DNA from: Verrucomicrobiia bacterium | GTDB lineage: Bacteria > Verrucomicrobiota > Verrucomicrobiia > Limisphaerales > UBA1319 | Direction: 5' to 3' | Length of the DNA: 64,000 bases | NCBI GenBank assembly: GCA_963664225.1 | Contig: OY760937.1 | Span: 128,001 to 192,000, forward strand | Shown here: positions 9,560 through 20,029 of the stretch, in pieces | How the letters are laid out: every line of letters begins with the position of its first letter | How positions within the stretch are numbered: the stretch's first letter is position 1 | The notes under the pieces: model-generated | Told to the model about the DNA's origin: nothing | Database searches by the model: none | What the model saw: the letters and a program-made list of their open reading frames with translations, nothing else | Position numbers and translations under genes: made by a program

Positions 9560-12500
9560 ATGTCAACCAAAGAAATTCTCCCGAACGATGGGGCCACTGA
9601 GGGGCGCGCCCAGGACGGCAAATCTTCGGCATCGGATCGTGCCTTATGGGGTCGCAGGGAGTTTTTGCGGACAGTGGGTTTGGGGGCGGCGGCAGCTCCA
9701 TTTCTAATGGCCGGGGCGCGGGCTGTGGCCGGCCCATTCGAGGCGGGGGATTTCGAGAAACTGGTGCCTTCCGACAAGAAGCTGAGCGCGGCCTGGCTGC
9801 GTTCGCTGGTGGAGCGGGGCGAGCCTACGACGTATCGCGGTGCGGCAACTGCGAAAATCGGCATGCCCGTTGGCGGACTATGCGCGGGGCAGCTTTACTT
9901 GGGCGGAGACGGTCAATTATGGCACTGGGATGTGTTTAATCTGCCGCAGACGCCGGATTTTGGCGCGGGAGACGGGCCGCATTATGCCAGGCCGTTGAAA
10001 CCAACGTCGCCGTTGGAGCAGGGATTTGCTATCCAGGTGCGGCACGGTCAAGAGGAGATCACGCGCGCGTTGAATCGGGAAGGTTTTCCCGGCGTGTCGT
10101 TTCAGGGGCAGTATCCGATCGGGCGCGTGGGGTATGCGGATGAGGCCGTGCCGGTGCGGGTGGCTCTCGAAGCCTTTTCGCCGTTCATCCCGTTGAACAC
10201 GGAGGATTCGAGTCTGCCGGCCACGATCATGGAATTCACGCTGACGAACACCGGCAAGGAAACGGTGGATGTGGCGTTGGCAGGGTGGCTGGAGAATGCC
10301 GTGTGCCTGGGGAGCGGAAAGCCGGGACGCGGTCGGCGCCGGAACCGGATCACGCATGACACGGATTTGACCCTGCTGCAATGTTCCGCCGAAGCCGCGA
10401 CGGAGAAGTCGGGCGCCAATGCGCGGCCGGACATTCTTTTCGAGGATTTTGAGAAGGAGACCTACGCGGGCTGGAAGGTTGAGGGCACGGCGTTTGGCGA
10501 GGGACCGATCGAGGTGGCGAAGATGCCGGGGTACCAGGGGGAGGTAGGCGCGCAGGGGAAGCGGTTGGTGAATTCGCATAACGTCCGCCACGGGGAGGAT
10601 GTGGGGCAGGGGGACGCGCATACGGGAACGCTGACGAGCCGTGAATTTGTGATCGAACGCGATTACATCAATTTTCTGATTGGCGGCGGGGCGCACAAGG
10701 ACCGGACCTGCATGAACCTGTGGGTGGACGGCAGGGTCGTGTCATCGGCCACGGGGGCGGATTCCAACCGCATGCACCCGGCTTCGATGGACGTGCGGGG
10801 TTTTGCGGGTAAAACCGCGCATCTGGAGATTGTGGATCGGGAGAAGGGAGCGTGGGGCAATATTGGGATCGACGATATCGTTTTCAGCGATTCTCCAAGA
10901 AAGCCAGCCACCCCGCTGGCGCAGGAGCCTGATTATGGAACGATGGCCCTGGGGTTGCTGGACGGCGGGTCGAAGACCTATTCGACACCGGATGTTCAAA
11001 GCGGACCCGAAGCGGTTTTTGCCGGATTGCACGGTAGGAATGCAGCGGATGCGAACCGGGAATTCGGCGCGAAATTAATGGGCGCGTTAGGGCGCGAATG
11101 GCGGTTAAAACCCGGTCGCACGGTCAAGGCGACCTTTGTAGTGACGTGGTACTTCCCGACCTTGCGGCGCGGAGGGTTGGAGCACATCACGGATATTGCG
11201 AAATTGCAGCGTTCCTACGGCAAACGCTTTGAATCCGCAGGGGCGGTGGCGCGTTCGGTGGCGCAGCGTTATAACACGCTCGCGGGTCAGACACGGCTAT
11301 GGCATCGCACCTGGCACGATTCGTCGCTGCCATGGTGGTTTCTGGAACGGACACTTCTGAATATTTCCATCCTGGCCACGGCCACCTGTTACGAGTTCGA
11401 CAATGGTCGGTTTTACGGCTGGGAGGGGACCTATTGCTGCGCGGGCACCTGCACGCATGTCTGGCAATACGCCCAGGCCGTGGGACGTTTGTTCCCGGCC
11501 TATGAAAGGTCCGTGCGCGAAATGGTGGATTACGGACTCGCATTTCATCCGGATACGGGCGCGATGGATTACCGGGCCGAGGCCAGCCGGATGGTGGCGG
11601 TGGACGGTCAGGCGGGAACGATTTTGCGGGCGTATCGCGAGCACCAAATGAGCGCCGACGATACGTTCCTGCGTCGGAATTGGGCGAAGATCAAGAAATC
11701 CATCGAATACCTGATCCGGCAGGATGCCAACGAGGACGGGATTTTGGATGGCGACCAATACAATACACTCGATGCGTCGTGGTATGGGCGCATTCCCTGG
11801 ATCAGCTCGTTGTATCTGGCGGCGGTGCGGGCCGGGGTGGCCATGGCGGAGGAAATGGGGGATGCGGGTTTTGCCGAACGCTGCGAACGGATTGCGGACA
11901 AGGGGCGCGAGCAATTGGTGACCGAACTTTTCAATGGGCAATATTTCATTCACAAGCTGGATCCCAAACATCCCGAATCCACGAACACGAATGAGGGATG
12001 CCATATCGACCAGGTGTATGGCCAGAGCTGGGCCTTCCAGGCGGGGCTGCCGAGGGTGCTGCCGGAGACCTCCACACGCGCGGCGCTGGAGTCGCTTTGG
12101 AAATATAACTTCACACCGGACACAGGGGTTTACCGGGAGAATTTCAAGGATATCTCCGGCGGGCGCTGGTATGCCATGCCGGGTGAAGGCGGGCTGTTAA
12201 TGTGCACATGGCCCAAGGGCGGGGGTGCGAATGCCGCGGGGAAAGGTAATCCCGGATTCGTGGCCTATTTCAACGAATGCATGACGGGCTTCGAATACCA
12301 GGTGGCGGCGCACATGATCTGGGAGGGGATGACGGAAAAGGGATTGGCCATTACGCGCATGATCCATGACCGCTACCATGCGGCCCGGCGCAATCCATGG
12401 AACGAGGTGGAGTGCAGCGATCATTATTCACGGGCCATGGCCAGCTACGGCGTGTTCCTGGCGGCTTGCGGCTATGAATACCACGGGCCCAAGGGATTTC

Positions 12501-12814
12501 TGGCGTTCGATCCGCGATTGACACCGGAAAACTTCAAGGCCCCGTTCACGGCGGCAGAGGGGTGGGGGAGCTTTACGCAAAAACGGGAATTGGCAGCGCA
12601 AACCAACGAGATTCAGATTCATCGTGGCACGCTGCGACTGAAGCGGTTAAAACTCACATTGGCCGACGGTTTCGCAAACGACCGGGTGGAAATAAAGCTT
12701 AACGGCACAAAAGTGGGCGTTCATCCGATGCGCACTGGGAATCAAGTGATTTTGCAGTTCGAGAAGGAATTGACCCTCAAAACAGGCCAGAAACTGGTGA
12801 TTCGCTTTGGATGA
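9560..12814 (+). CDS. GH116-family glycoside hydrolase, Tat-exported
   Basis: RREFLR twin-arginine signal; IGMPVGGLCAG, AFSPFIP..DSSLPA, FYGWEG..CTHVW, QYNTLD, NPWNEVECSDHYSRAM. Confidence 0.88.
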   Translation: MSTKEILPNDGATEGRAQDGKSSASDRALWGRREFLRTVGLGAAAAPFLMAGARAVAGPFEAGDFEKLVPSDKKLSAAWLRSLVERGEPTTYRGAATAKIGMPVGGLCAGQLYLGGDGQLWHWDVFNLPQTPDFGAGDGPHYARPLKPTSPLEQGFAIQVRHGQEEITRALNREGFPGVSFQGQYPIGRVGYADEAVPVRVALEAFSPFIPLNTEDSSLPATIMEFTLTNTGKETVDVALAGWLENAVCLGSGKPGRGRRRNRITHDTDLTLLQCSAEAATEKSGANARPDILFEDFEKETYAGWKVEGTAFGEGPIEVAKMPGYQGEVGAQGKRLVNSHNVRHGEDVGQGDAHTGTLTSREFVIERDYINFLIGGGAHKDRTCMNLWVDGRVVSSATGADSNRMHPASMDVRGFAGKTAHLEIVDREKGAWGNIGIDDIVFSDSPRKPATPLAQEPDYGTMALGLLDGGSKTYSTPDVQSGPEAVFAGLHGRNAADANREFGAKLMGALGREWRLKPGRTVKATFVVTWYFPTLRRGGLEHITDIAKLQRSYGKRFESAGAVARSVAQRYNTLAGQTRLWHRTWHDSSLPWWFLERTLLNISILATATCYEFDNGRFYGWEGTYCCAGTCTHVWQYAQAVGRLFPAYERSVREMVDYGLAFHPDTGAMDYRAEASRMVAVDGQAGTILRAYREHQMSADDTFLRRNWAKIKKSIEYLIRQDANEDGILDGDQYNTLDASWYGRIPWISSLYLAAVRAGVAMAEEMGDAGFAERCERIADKGREQLVTELFNGQYFIHKLDPKHPESTNTNEGCHIDQVYGQSWAFQAGLPRVLPETSTRAALESLWKYNFTPDTGVYRENFKDISGGRWYAMPGEGGLLMCTWPKGGGANAAGKGNPGFVAYFNECMTGFEYQVAAHMIWEGMTEKGLAITRMIHDRYHAARRNPWNEVECSDHYSRAMASYGVFLAACGYEYHGPKGFLAFDPRLTPENFKAPFTAAEGWGSFTQKRELAAQTNEIQIHRGTLRLKRLKLTLADGFANDRVEIKLNGTKVGVHPMRTGNQVILQFEKELTLKTGQKLVIRFG

Positions 12815-13001
12815 AAGAGAGCCGTATTTGGTCGAAATTGAGCAAATCGGCCCATTATAACGATATTGAGGGTCGGGTTGCGCCGCAAAAGACGGAATTT
12901 CGATCTGGAAAAAATAGAGGCTTGAATTCCGATTGGGGTTGCGTACCATCCGGCGTTCGATTTAAATTGCAAGATTAGAGAATCAGCGAGCAGAAAGTAC
13001 T

Positions 13002-13559
13002 ATGGCAACAGCAAACGATATTCGTAAAGGCATGGCGGTCGTCTATAATGGTGACATCGGCGTTGTCCTTGACTCACAGCACCGCACCCCAGGCAATCTG
13101 CGGGCATTTGTGCAGGCGACCATTCGCAGCATCAAGACGGGCAAAACCACCGACGTGCGCTTCAGTTCGACGGAGAAAATTGACGTGGTGCCCATGGCAT
13201 CGCGCAAAATGGAGTACAGCTACAAAGATGGAACGGATTTTGTCTTTTCTGACCCGGAAACGTATGAAACGGTGACCTTGAGCGCTGAATTGATCGGTGA
13301 CATCAAGAATTATCTCACTGAGAACGCGCTGGTGACAGTGACTTTCGTGGACGATAAGGCGGTGACGGTTGAGTTGCCGTCGTCGGTGACCTTGAAAGTG
13401 ACCGATGCTCCCGAGGGGATTCGCGGAGATTCCGCCAACAACGTCCAGAAACCGGTGGTCATGGAAACGGGCATCACCGTTCAAGTGCCATTGTTCATCA
13501 AGACGGGCGAGAAGCTCAAGATCGACACACGCACCGGCAAATACATGGAACGGGCCTGA
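13002..13559 (+). CDS. efp: Elongation factor P
   Basis: ANDIRKGM, FSDPETYE, KPVVMETG..VPLFIKTGE..IDTRTGKYMERA. Confidence 0.96.
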   Translation: MATANDIRKGMAVVYNGDIGVVLDSQHRTPGNLRAFVQATIRSIKTGKTTDVRFSSTEKIDVVPMASRKMEYSYKDGTDFVFSDPETYETVTLSAELIGDIKNYLTENALVTVTFVDDKAVTVELPSSVTLKVTDAPEGIRGDSANNVQKPVVMETGITVQVPLFIKTGEKLKIDTRTGKYMERA

Positions 13560-13612
13560 TCAAGGCGCATCCAGGGGCGGGAATTGCAGTTCCAGCGCCC
13601 GCAAGAAATTTC

Positions 13613-13644
13613 AAAGACGATCCGTAATGGGGTCGTCTTTTTTT
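13613..13644 (+). terminator. Rho-independent terminator after efp
   Basis: AAAGACGATCC-GTAAT-GGGGTCGTCTTT followed by T-run. Confidence 0.75.
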
Positions 13645-13779
13645 ATGGATGGAAATGGCCCGTGGAGAACTGCTTGTCGGAGTGCGACGCTGCAAATAAA
13701 TCAAACGCGTAAATCCTGTAAAAGGCGCTTTACAAGTTATCCGGTGGCGGTAATCTTCAGACAAGAAATACGTCTTTTT

Positions 13780-14220
13780 ATGCGAACTGCGACTTGGCTT
13801 TTAACAACTGTGTCCGGTCTGGCCTTATTGGTGGCCGGATGTTCCGGGCCTGAACAAAAACTCGGGCGCGGCATTGGCAATGCCACCGAATTGGCGCGCA
13901 TGGGTGATGTGCGTCGCTCGATGGAGCAATCCGCCCTGTACGAGGGACCGGACGCGGCCTTAACCACCGGTGTGGTCAAGGGATTCAGCAAGACCATGGC
14001 CCGCACGGCGGTGGGTGCTTATGAGATCGTGACGTTCCCCATCCCTTCGTATGATCCGGTCTGCACTAATTATTTGTCTGTGAATCCCAGCTATCCGGAC
14101 AGCTATAAACCGAATTTTCTGGCGGATCCGATGTTCACACCCGATGCGAATCTCGGTTTCGGCGGCGGCGATGTGATCCCGTTCTTCCCCGGCAGCCGTT
14201 TCCGTATTTTCGACTACTAA
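13780..14220 (+). CDS. Lipoprotein resembling exosortase system-associated protein TIGR04073
   Basis: Lipobox VAGC, then KLGRGIGN..G..K..ARTAVGAYEIVTFPIP. Confidence 0.7.
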   Translation: MRTATWLLTTVSGLALLVAGCSGPEQKLGRGIGNATELARMGDVRRSMEQSALYEGPDAALTTGVVKGFSKTMARTAVGAYEIVTFPIPSYDPVCTNYLSVNPSYPDSYKPNFLADPMFTPDANLGFGGGDVIPFFPGSRFRIFDY

Positions 14221-14236
14221 GGCACTGCAATTTATT

Positions 14237-14267
14237 GGCGCCAACACAGGCTGTTGGCGCTTTTTTT
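14237..14267 (+). terminator. Rho-independent terminator
   Basis: GGCGCCAAC / GTTGGCGC stem plus T7. Confidence 0.7.
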
Positions 14268-14274
14268 ATTTCCC

Positions 14275-15147
14275 ATGGAGCGATTTTCTCCCTGCAAAGT
14301 CAATCTGCTGCTGAACATTCTGGGTCGGCGGGCGGACGGTTTTCATGAATTGGAGACCGTGTTCCAGCCCGTCGCTTTGTGTGATCGACTGATGTTCGCG
14401 AAACAGGCGTGCGGCCTTGAATTGAGCTGCAACATTCCTGAGCTGCCGGTAAACAACGGAAATCTGGTCTATCGCGCGGCGGAGGCTTTTTACAAGGCGG
14501 CGGGTATTGCGCCCGGAATTTCCATTCACCTCGAGAAAAACATTCCCCTGGCAGCGGGCCTGGGAGGCGGCAGCGCCAATGCGGCCACGACCTTGATGGC
14601 GTTGAACGACCTGCACGACGGGGTGCTGGCGGCGACCACATTGGAACAGATTGCCGCGGCGCTTGGATCGGATGTTCCCTTCTTTTTGCAGAGCAAACCC
14701 GCATTGGGTCTGGGACGGGGGGAGCAGATCACGGTTCTGGAGGATTTCCCAGCGTTGCGCGGCGTCCATGCGCTTCTGGTGCATCCCGGGTTTGGCGTCT
14801 CCACGGCGTGGGCTTACCAGCACTTGTCGATTTATCCCGAGGCTTTGAATGGCCGCAAGGGCAGGGCGCAGGAATTAGTGGCGCTGTTGCAAGGGACATT
14901 GGCGGAAGCGGGCCCCGCTTTTTATAATTCGCTGGAAGCGCCGGTGCTGGTCAAATACCCGTTGCTCGCGGAGTTTCAGGAGTTCTTGAAAAACCATGGG
15001 GCCAGCGCCGCCGTGATGTCCGGGAGCGGATCCACCACGTTTGCCCTGGTGAATGGGCGCGCGCATGCCGAAACGTTGCGGGAGAAATTCCGGTCCCATT
15101 TTGGTCCGTCTTATTGGACCGCTGTGGTTCCCTTGCAAGGAAAGTAA
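14275..15147 (+). CDS. ispE: 4-diphosphocytidyl-2-C-methyl-D-erythritol kinase
   Basis: PCKVNLLL..RRADGFHELETVF, KNIPLAAGLGGGSANAA, GSDVPFF, MSGSGST. Confidence 0.95.
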   Translation: MERFSPCKVNLLLNILGRRADGFHELETVFQPVALCDRLMFAKQACGLELSCNIPELPVNNGNLVYRAAEAFYKAAGIAPGISIHLEKNIPLAAGLGGGSANAATTLMALNDLHDGVLAATTLEQIAAALGSDVPFFLQSKPALGLGRGEQITVLEDFPALRGVHALLVHPGFGVSTAWAYQHLSIYPEALNGRKGRAQELVALLQGTLAEAGPAFYNSLEAPVLVKYPLLAEFQEFLKNHGASAAVMSGSGSTTFALVNGRAHAETLREKFRSHFGPSYWTAVVPLQGK

Positions 15148-15239
15148 CGGCTCGTCCGCAGGCGCAATTTTACGCCCCAGTCGCGTCCTGCCTGTCTACC
15201 TGCTTTTCCGGACACTTTCTTGAACGCTCCTCGAGACGC

Positions 15240-16418
15240 TTATGCCGTTTTTTCTGGCGCGGCTGCAAGAAAATCCAGGTCCACGGGCACCTTGACACGT
15301 TTGCCGCTTGTGGAGAGCAAAGTGACCCCGTGCTGGTCCGGCGCGGCAACGATGTCCGCCACACTATCGAATCCGGGAGGCACGGGCGTCATGATCATGA
15401 TGTAGGGCACGCGCAACGGTTTGTTCGGATCGAGCGTCAAATACGTGGGGTGGCCGTTCTTGGAGATGGGATTCTTCGCAACGGACTCCGCCAGGCCATA
15501 ATGAAAATAGGAGGTGACTTCTTCAAGCCCCATGACATTGACATGTCGGCCATTCCAGGGTTCGTAATGCCGTCCGCCATTTGAAAGCCAGAAAACAGTC
15601 TCGCGAAGAATTCGCGGGTTCTTGAGCGAAAACCAGACGGCGCGCACTTTTGGAAAGGTCACAGCGGTCCATGCAAAAGGCAGGGCGGGATCGCTGACCA
15701 TCATGACCAGATCTTCGAAACCACGCCGCGCGGGGTAGTGGGAAAGGTCGGCATTCTCCCCGGTCAGTGCGGGCACGGCGGACAGGTTGGTGAACAGAGC
15801 TCCCGGTTTCAGATAGGAATAGCCGCGCTGGGCGGGAATCTCGAAGGGGGTGGGCAGTACCTCGCCATGCAGGAACGGGCTTGTGGAAATCACGCCGCTG
15901 GCCGGTGCGTTGGGGAATCTGAGGATGGCGTGATGCCCGGGGCTCATCGGCCCTTTCATCCCTGAAATGATGTGTTCGCTGTAGATGGCATTCTGGCCAT
16001 CCTTGAGGCGGATGCGCTTATCGACGCGACCGGGGCGCACAGTGGTTTCAAGGCTCAGGTGGAGTGTGGACTCTCCTTCCACAGTCTCCAGGGATTCAAA
16101 ATGCCAGAGCGCGTTGGCTGTTTCGCCGTGGGGGGGGAACTGCTCCCCTTGCAGCGGTGTTTCGTTGCCGCCGAAAGGCATGCAAAAAAAATCCCCGCGC
16201 AACGCCTTGAGAATAGGCGGCATGGTCGCCGGAGTTTTTTCCTCCGCCCAAGGGGCCACTGCGTAAGGACTCAAACGCCGACCGCCCCGGTCGAAAATAA
16301 CCGGGGCCAGATGCCCGCCCAACCGGGTGACGTGTGCCTCCACCTGGGAGGCGGCCACACGCCAGGAAGGTTGTCCGAGGACTTTGACGAGTTTGGCGGG
16401 TCGAGCGTTCATACCCAT
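15240..16418 (-). CDS. Conserved hypothetical protein, galactose-mutarotase-like fold
   Basis: Long ORF with genome-like codon use; LRGDFFCMPFG..PPHGETAN and WLSNGGR..PWNGR..GLEE motifs. Confidence 0.55.
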   Translation of the reverse strand: MGMNARPAKLVKVLGQPSWRVAASQVEAHVTRLGGHLAPVIFDRGGRRLSPYAVAPWAEEKTPATMPPILKALRGDFFCMPFGGNETPLQGEQFPPHGETANALWHFESLETVEGESTLHLSLETTVRPGRVDKRIRLKDGQNAIYSEHIISGMKGPMSPGHHAILRFPNAPASGVISTSPFLHGEVLPTPFEIPAQRGYSYLKPGALFTNLSAVPALTGENADLSHYPARRGFEDLVMMVSDPALPFAWTAVTFPKVRAVWFSLKNPRILRETVFWLSNGGRHYEPWNGRHVNVMGLEEVTSYFHYGLAESVAKNPISKNGHPTYLTLDPNKPLRVPYIMIMTPVPPGFDSVADIVAAPDQHGVTLLSTSGKRVKVPVDLDFLAAAPEKTA

Positions 16419-16456
16419 TTTTATATGCTGTCTGAACGCTTCGATCGAGACAAAAA

Positions 16457-16897
16457 TTACTTTTTAATCTTGCTCAACTCTTCGATGAAAGGCTTGGGTC
16501 CGCCGGCCTGGTAGCCAAGTCGCTTCACTTCCTTGCCTTCGCCATCGAGCACCACCACAGTGGGGTAGCCTTCGATATTGTATTTATTGGCCAGGGCCTG
16601 GTTGGCTTTTTTGACTTCAATGGACTGCTCGGTCTTCCTGGGAAAATCGATCTCGACGAGAACGAGGTTCTTCTTCGCGTAATCGGTAAAATCCGTTTTC
16701 TCGAATACCTCTTTATGCAGCTTGATGCACCAAGGGCACCAATCTGAACCCGTGAAATCCACCAAAACGAGTTTTTTCTCGGTTTTTGCCGTTTTTAGGG
16801 CGGCGGAGAGGTCCGTTTCCCACAGTTTTTCCGCATGCACACTGATCGCAAGCGCGGCTAATGCAAACAACGACAGCAACTTTTTTAACATAATCAT
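16457..16897 (-). CDS. Secreted thioredoxin-family protein
   Basis: Signal peptide; FTGSDWCPWC; YPTVVVLD. Confidence 0.92.
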   Translation of the reverse strand: MIMLKKLLSLFALAALAISVHAEKLWETDLSAALKTAKTEKKLVLVDFTGSDWCPWCIKLHKEVFEKTDFTDYAKKNLVLVEIDFPRKTEQSIEVKKANQALANKYNIEGYPTVVVLDGEGKEVKRLGYQAGGPKPFIEELSKIKK

Positions 16898-16996
16898 CCA
16901 AACAGTTTTATGAACCGTCGGCCCCTTCACACCAGTTCATAACCGGTGTCTCCAATCCTGATGGCATCACCTTAATGCCTCCAGGTTCGCAGGATT

Positions 16997-18364
16997 TTAA
17001 GCGTTTTCGCGCCAGACGATTACACCAGAGACTATCGTTGCGACGGGCTTTCCGCGCAAGGGCCAATCGTAGAAGGGGTTGTTCAGGGATTTGCTGGCGG
17101 TGTTCTCCTTCTTAAAGGTCCAGGAACGATCCGGATCCAGCACCGAGATATCCGCGCACGCGCCCACGCTGAGCGTCCCTTTGTCCAGACCCAAAAGCCG
17201 GGCGGGCCCAACCGTGAATTTCGCCAGGAGGTCCGACAGGGAAAGCCGCTTCGAATGATAAAGCTGCATCAGGGCCAGGCTTAGCTCCGTTTCCAGCCCA
17301 GTGATGCCAAAGGGGGCGTAATCGAACTCGACCTCCTTTTCAAAATTGCAATGCGGCGCATGGTCGCTGGCGATCAATTCAAGCGTGCCGTCCACCAGGC
17401 CTTCGAGCACCGCCTCGCGATCGGCAGCCGTGCGCAAGGGCGGGTTCATTTTGAAATTGGTGTCGTAGCTCGACCATGCGGGCCAAGGGCGGGCAGCCCC
17501 GGGCAGAAGGTTCGCGCCGTCGGCTTTCCAAAAGGCCTCGCTTCCCGCCAGAGCGGCATCCGTGAGCGTGAAATGGTGGGGACAGGCCTCCGCCGTGATG
17601 CGCACGCCCCGCTTTTTGGCTTCGCGCACCAACCGCACACTGGTCGCGCTGCTGATGTGCTGGCAGTGAACGCGCGCGCCCGTCAACTCCGCCAGCATGA
17701 TGTTCCGGGCCACGATGGAATCCTCCCCCGACGCGGGCCAGCCCCGCAGCCCCAGCACCGTGCTGTAATAGCCTTCATGGGCCACCCCCTCGGTCACCAG
17801 CGAATAATCCTGGCAATGGTCCATCACCGGAATTTCGAGCATCGTGGCGTATTCCAGGGCGCGCCGCATCATTTCATTATTCTGAACACAGTGGCCGTCA
17901 TCGGTGAAGGCGACGACCCCGGCCTTTTTCAGCGACCCCATCGGCGCCAATTCCTCGCCGGCCAGATTTTTTGTAATCGCCCCGGCCACCAGCACGTTCA
18001 CCACTCCTTCGCGCCTGGCCCGTTCACGGATTAAAACCACCGTTCCGGCGCTATCGATGGCCGGTGAGGTGTTGGGCATGCACACCACGGACGTAAACCC
18101 ACCCCGGGCCGCTGCGGCGGTGCCCGTGGCGATCGTTTCCTTGCCCGTCTGGCCCGGCTCGCGCAAATGCACATGCACGTCGATTAATCCCGGGCAGACC
18201 ACCTGACCGGAAACATCCACGCGCGTCGCATCCGGCGCGGCCATTTTGGCGGCCTCGGGACCCACGGCGGCGATCTTGCCATCACTCACCAGGACATCCG
18301 CCGGAGCATCGAAACGATTGGCGGGATCGATCACGCGTCCGCCGGTTAGAAGCAACGAATTCAT
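16997..18364 (-). CDS. pyrC: Dihydroorotase
   Basis: DVHVHLREPG, GGFTSVVCMPNT, FTDDG, KMNPPLR, ASDHAPH, APFGITGLE. Confidence 0.95.
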   Translation of the reverse strand: MNSLLLTGGRVIDPANRFDAPADVLVSDGKIAAVGPEAAKMAAPDATRVDVSGQVVCPGLIDVHVHLREPGQTGKETIATGTAAAARGGFTSVVCMPNTSPAIDSAGTVVLIRERARREGVVNVLVAGAITKNLAGEELAPMGSLKKAGVVAFTDDGHCVQNNEMMRRALEYATMLEIPVMDHCQDYSLVTEGVAHEGYYSTVLGLRGWPASGEDSIVARNIMLAELTGARVHCQHISSATSVRLVREAKKRGVRITAEACPHHFTLTDAALAGSEAFWKADGANLLPGAARPWPAWSSYDTNFKMNPPLRTAADREAVLEGLVDGTLELIASDHAPHCNFEKEVEFDYAPFGITGLETELSLALMQLYHSKRLSLSDLLAKFTVGPARLLGLDKGTLSVGACADISVLDPDRSWTFKKENTASKSLNNPFYDWPLRGKPVATIVSGVIVWRENA

Positions 18365-18437
18365 CGGCCCAAACAGTGCCAAACCCGCATTGACAAGGCA
18401 AGCGCTTCAGTTAATATCAGGACGCATTTTTGATAGT

Positions 18438-18511
18438 GCGGGTGTAGCTTAGTGGTAAAGTTCCAGCCTTCCAAGCTGGCCATGTGGGTTCGATTCCCAT
18501 CACCCGCTCCA
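18438..18511 (+). tRNA. tRNA-Gly (TCC)
   Basis: GCGGGTG acceptor stem, anticodon arm CCAGC-CTTCCAA-GCTGG, GGTTCGATTCC T-arm, encoded CCA. Confidence 0.97.
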
Positions 18512-19111
18512 ATCTTTTCCCCAACAGGCCTCGTCAAGAGGTTCGGTGTAAACCCTTTGGCCTGCAATGGATCTTGTAAACAATTTTGAGACGTCACTTG
18601 GCCGTTTTTGTTTACGTTTTGGTTCCGACCAGCCTGTTAGGTGGTGTTGGTTTTCCCAACAGACAGGCCAGGTAACGGGCAAAAGAGGGTGCCTTCCCTG
18701 CCGTCAATTCCACGTCAAAAACCGGTTGCTGCGATCCCGTTGGACTGGGGGGCGCGATATTGCACTGCGGTTGAGCCCGATGGTTTTCTGGTGCATTTGC
18801 TGTGGATACATGCAGCCGGCGCTGATTCAGTCCACGAGCCACTTTCGCGATGGAAATCCTTCTCCCCTTATATCGCGGGCGTCATTTGACTTGGGACACT
18901 CCATCCACTACGGTCCAGCTGTGTCTAAACAGCTTGACCACAACCTTGCGGTGTTTGCCTTGCTGATGGCGATCCGGACGCATTTGGATGCGGCCAGACA
19001 CAGGAGTTTATTTGGAAAAACCTTTCGGCGGCGCTTCGCTCATTCCACTGTTTGTCAGGGTATCAACGTGAATGAAGATTTTCTGATGTATTCCTCACGA
19101 GCTTGGGGTTT

Positions 19112-20029
19112 ATGAAGAACTTTGTGTATGCGGTGTTCGTTTGCGCGTTTGCCCAACCGGCGATGGCTTGTGATTTGTGTTCCGTTTACGCGGCAACGGA
19201 AGCGCAGGGGGGAGGCGGCAGGGGTTTGTTTGGCGGAGTTGCCGAGCAATATACGTATTTCAATACTTTTCAGATTGATGGGCACGATGTGCGGGACGTC
19301 GATAATCAATATCTTAAGAGTTCTGTTTCACAGGCATTCGTTGGTTACAATTTCAACAATCGAATAGGCGTCCAGTTCAACCTTCCAGTCATTTACCGCG
19401 AATATGGCACCGCGGTCAAACGAGGCAGTGATTTGGGCATTGGCGATGCCTCGCTGATTGGCAATGTCCGGCTTTATGAAAAACTCACCGAACACTTCAC
19501 ATTCAACTGGACGGCGCTCGGCGGCCTGAAGTTCCCCACTGGTGATTCCAGTCACCTCAACCCGGACGAAGAAGATTTTGCGCCAGGGATCGGTGGCCAT
19601 GATTTGGCACTGGGGTCAGGGTCCTGCGATGGCCTGGTTGGAACGAGCTTTTTTGCAAGATGGAAGCGCGCATTCCTCACCGGGGCCATGCAATACGCAA
19701 TTCGCACCGAGGGGGATTTCAGCTATCAAGCTGCCAACGACTGGACTTGGTCCGGCGGGCCTGGTGTTTACCTTCTGCTGGGGGATACGCACACAGTCTC
19801 ACTGCAAGCCGTGGTATCCGGGGAAAGCAAAGGGCAGGACACCATTGCTGGCGTGGCCACTGATGACACGGCGATTACGGCGGTGTATCTCGGTCCTCAA
19901 GTCAATTTCACATGGTCGAGCAAGCTCAGTGCGCAGATTGGGGCCGACTTACCGGTGAGCATTGTAACGACCGGCCAGCAGATCGTGCCTGATTTCAGGG
20001 TGAGAGCAGGATTGACGTGGCGCTTCTAA
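19112..20029 (+). CDS. Outer-membrane beta-barrel 'transporter' (MetA-pathway/phenol degradation-like)
   Basis: Signal peptide followed by CDLC; GIGDASL, GLKFPTG, LGSGS.D; terminal aromatic residue (TWRF). Confidence 0.75.
   Translation: MKNFVYAVFVCAFAQPAMACDLCSVYAATEAQGGGGRGLFGGVAEQYTYFNTFQIDGHDVRDVDNQYLKSSVSQAFVGYNFNNRIGVQFNLPVIYREYGTAVKRGSDLGIGDASLIGNVRLYEKLTEHFTFNWTALGGLKFPTGDSSHLNPDEEDFAPGIGGHDLALGSGSCDGLVGTSFFARWKRAFLTGAMQYAIRTEGDFSYQAANDWTWSGGPGVYLLLGDTHTVSLQAVVSGESKGQDTIAGVATDDTAITAVYLGPQVNFTWSSKLSAQIGADLPVSIVTTGQQIVPDFRVRAGLTWRF

Noticed and set aside
18512..19110. ORFs between tRNA-Gly and the beta-barrel gene
   Set aside because: No recognisable motifs in any frame; possibly decayed sequence, but not supportable.
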